A stretch of DNA of 64,000 bases from contig LNDQ01000098.1 of the NCBI GenBank assembly GCA_001464695.1, positions 76,771 to 140,770 on the forward strand. Reading direction: 5' to 3'. This DNA comes from Betaproteobacteria bacterium Ga0077523 (GTDB lineage: Bacteria > Pseudomonadota > Gammaproteobacteria > Burkholderiales > Ga0077523). Position 1 is the first letter of the stretch. Each line of letters opens with the position of its first letter. Below the pieces are notes generated by a model. It was not told where the DNA came from and ran no database searches. It worked only from the letters and a program-made list of their open reading frames with translations. The translations under genes were made by a program, and so were the position numbers. Positions 63,366 through 64,000 of the stretch are shown here, piece by piece.

Positions 63366-64000
63366 TCAAGGCGGCGATTCTCCGTTGCGGTGAGGCGGAC
63401 CGTTGTACGCCCGTGCCAGGCGGCGGGCGAGCACGATGCCGCCGATCAGGAGCAGGAGCAGGAAGGCGACTCCACCGGCGAGACTGACAGGGTCGATCTG
63501 CGAGAGGAGGTTGTTGCCTTCTTCGGCGCGCCGGTGGATCTCGGCGTAGGGCGTCAGCGCGAACCCGGCGTAGAGCGTGGTGGCGTCGTGGGGATCGCGG
63601 ACCAAGGGTGCCGACTCCAGGTGCGTAGGCAGCGCCCCTTCGACCAGCCCCCAACGCCGGCCGCCGTCCTGGCTGCGCACGACGCCGCGATGGGTGGTCA
63701 GTGTGACGATGCTTCCATCGGCATTCACGGACACACCGCGCACCGACGTGTTCCCATCCGGCAGCGGATCGCCGACTGCGCGCCAGGTAGCACCTCGGTC
63801 CTCGCTGAGATAAAGGCGGTCGGCGCCGAAGGCCCACCAGCGTGGTCGCGGTCCCACGTCGAGGGCCTCGAGACGCCTCTCGGGAAGCCCGGTGCGATGC
63901 TCGCGCCAGTTCGTGCCGGCGTCATCGCTCATCCACAAGCTGCCCACGAAGATGGCCAGCACCGTATCCGGACTACCTCGAACGACTGCAAGAGCGGAGG
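63366..64000 (-). CDS. BNR/Asp-box repeat protein with a C-terminal TM anchor (5' end off the window)
   Basis: Asp-boxes SDDAGTNW, SEDRGATW and SQDGGRRW, with C-terminal LAGGVAFLLLLLIGGIVLA. The frame stays open upstream of the GTG at 63962 to the window edge. Confidence 0.7.
   Translation of the reverse strand, partial: SALAVVRGSPDTVLAIFVGSLWMSDDAGTNWREHRTGLPERRLEALDVGPRPRWWAFGADRLYLSEDRGATWRAVGDPLPDGNTSVRGVSVNADGSIVTLTTHRGVVRSQDGGRRWGLVEGALPTHLESAPLVRDPHDATTLYAGFALTPYAEIHRRAEEGNNLLSQIDPVSLAGGVAFLLLLLIGGIVLARRLARAYNGPPHRNGESPP

Noticed and set aside
1-64000. Mobile elements, prophage, integrases, toxin-antitoxin or defence systems, tRNA/rRNA genes.
   Set aside because: I recognised no transposase, integrase, phage, restriction, cas or TA-like proteins in any frame, and no tRNA-like or rRNA-like sequence. 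Composition looks uniform, and the only AT-rich patches are short regulatory regions.

Overview
This is a high-GC (about 65-68%) proteobacterial chromosomal segment, densely coding, with gene order typical of beta/gamma-proteobacteria. I saw no rRNA, tRNA, CRISPR array, IS element or prophage. Content from left to right follows. (1) Housekeeping genes: a partial glutamate-synthase-like oxidoreductase, pyrD, an enoyl-CoA hydratase, the N-end-rule transferases bpt and aat, and sodC. (2) A complete flagellar block, fleS-fleR, fliEFGHIJ, fliK and fliLMNOPQR. It has near-consensus sigma-54 promoters in front of fliE and fliK, and REP-like structured repeats inserted between fliH/fliI and fliI/fliJ. 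(3) A methyltransferase, dapA, bamC, an MBL hydrolase, a small lipoprotein, a JmjC/RoxA-like hydroxylase translationally coupled to an unknown protein, bcp and slyD. (4) A PQQ locus. pqqA-B-C-D-E is followed by an ABC-2 exporter pair joined through overlapping stop/start codons. Divergent from it is an operon of an unusually long TonB, a proline iminopeptidase, a NarX-type kinase and a NarL-type regulator. Next comes a second pqqA that is nucleotide-identical to the first (both copies are absent from the ORF track), directly upstream of a TonB-dependent receptor that looks YncD/PqqU-like. (5) A Fur-box-controlled iron island: fbpC/fbpB/fbpA on alternating strands, a cytochrome c-FTR1 fusion, a DUF2325 protein, a siderophore-type receptor, bfd, three tandem 79-bp structured repeats, and bfr. 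(6) A patatin-like lipase, an OYE flavin reductase, and a nickel set of nikR, a TonB-dependent receptor and rcnA. (7) A partner-switching signalling module with no sigma factor: STAS, an MBL hydrolase, CHASE2-PP2C, FecR, OmpA and an RsbW-like kinase, followed by membrane-anchored beta-propeller and BNR proteins. The most interesting hypothesis is that block 4 is a self-contained PQQ make/export/re-import system under its own two-component control. Many long ORFs in the supplied track are antisense or out-of-frame high-GC artefacts, or 5' over-extensions, and I trimmed or rejected them.
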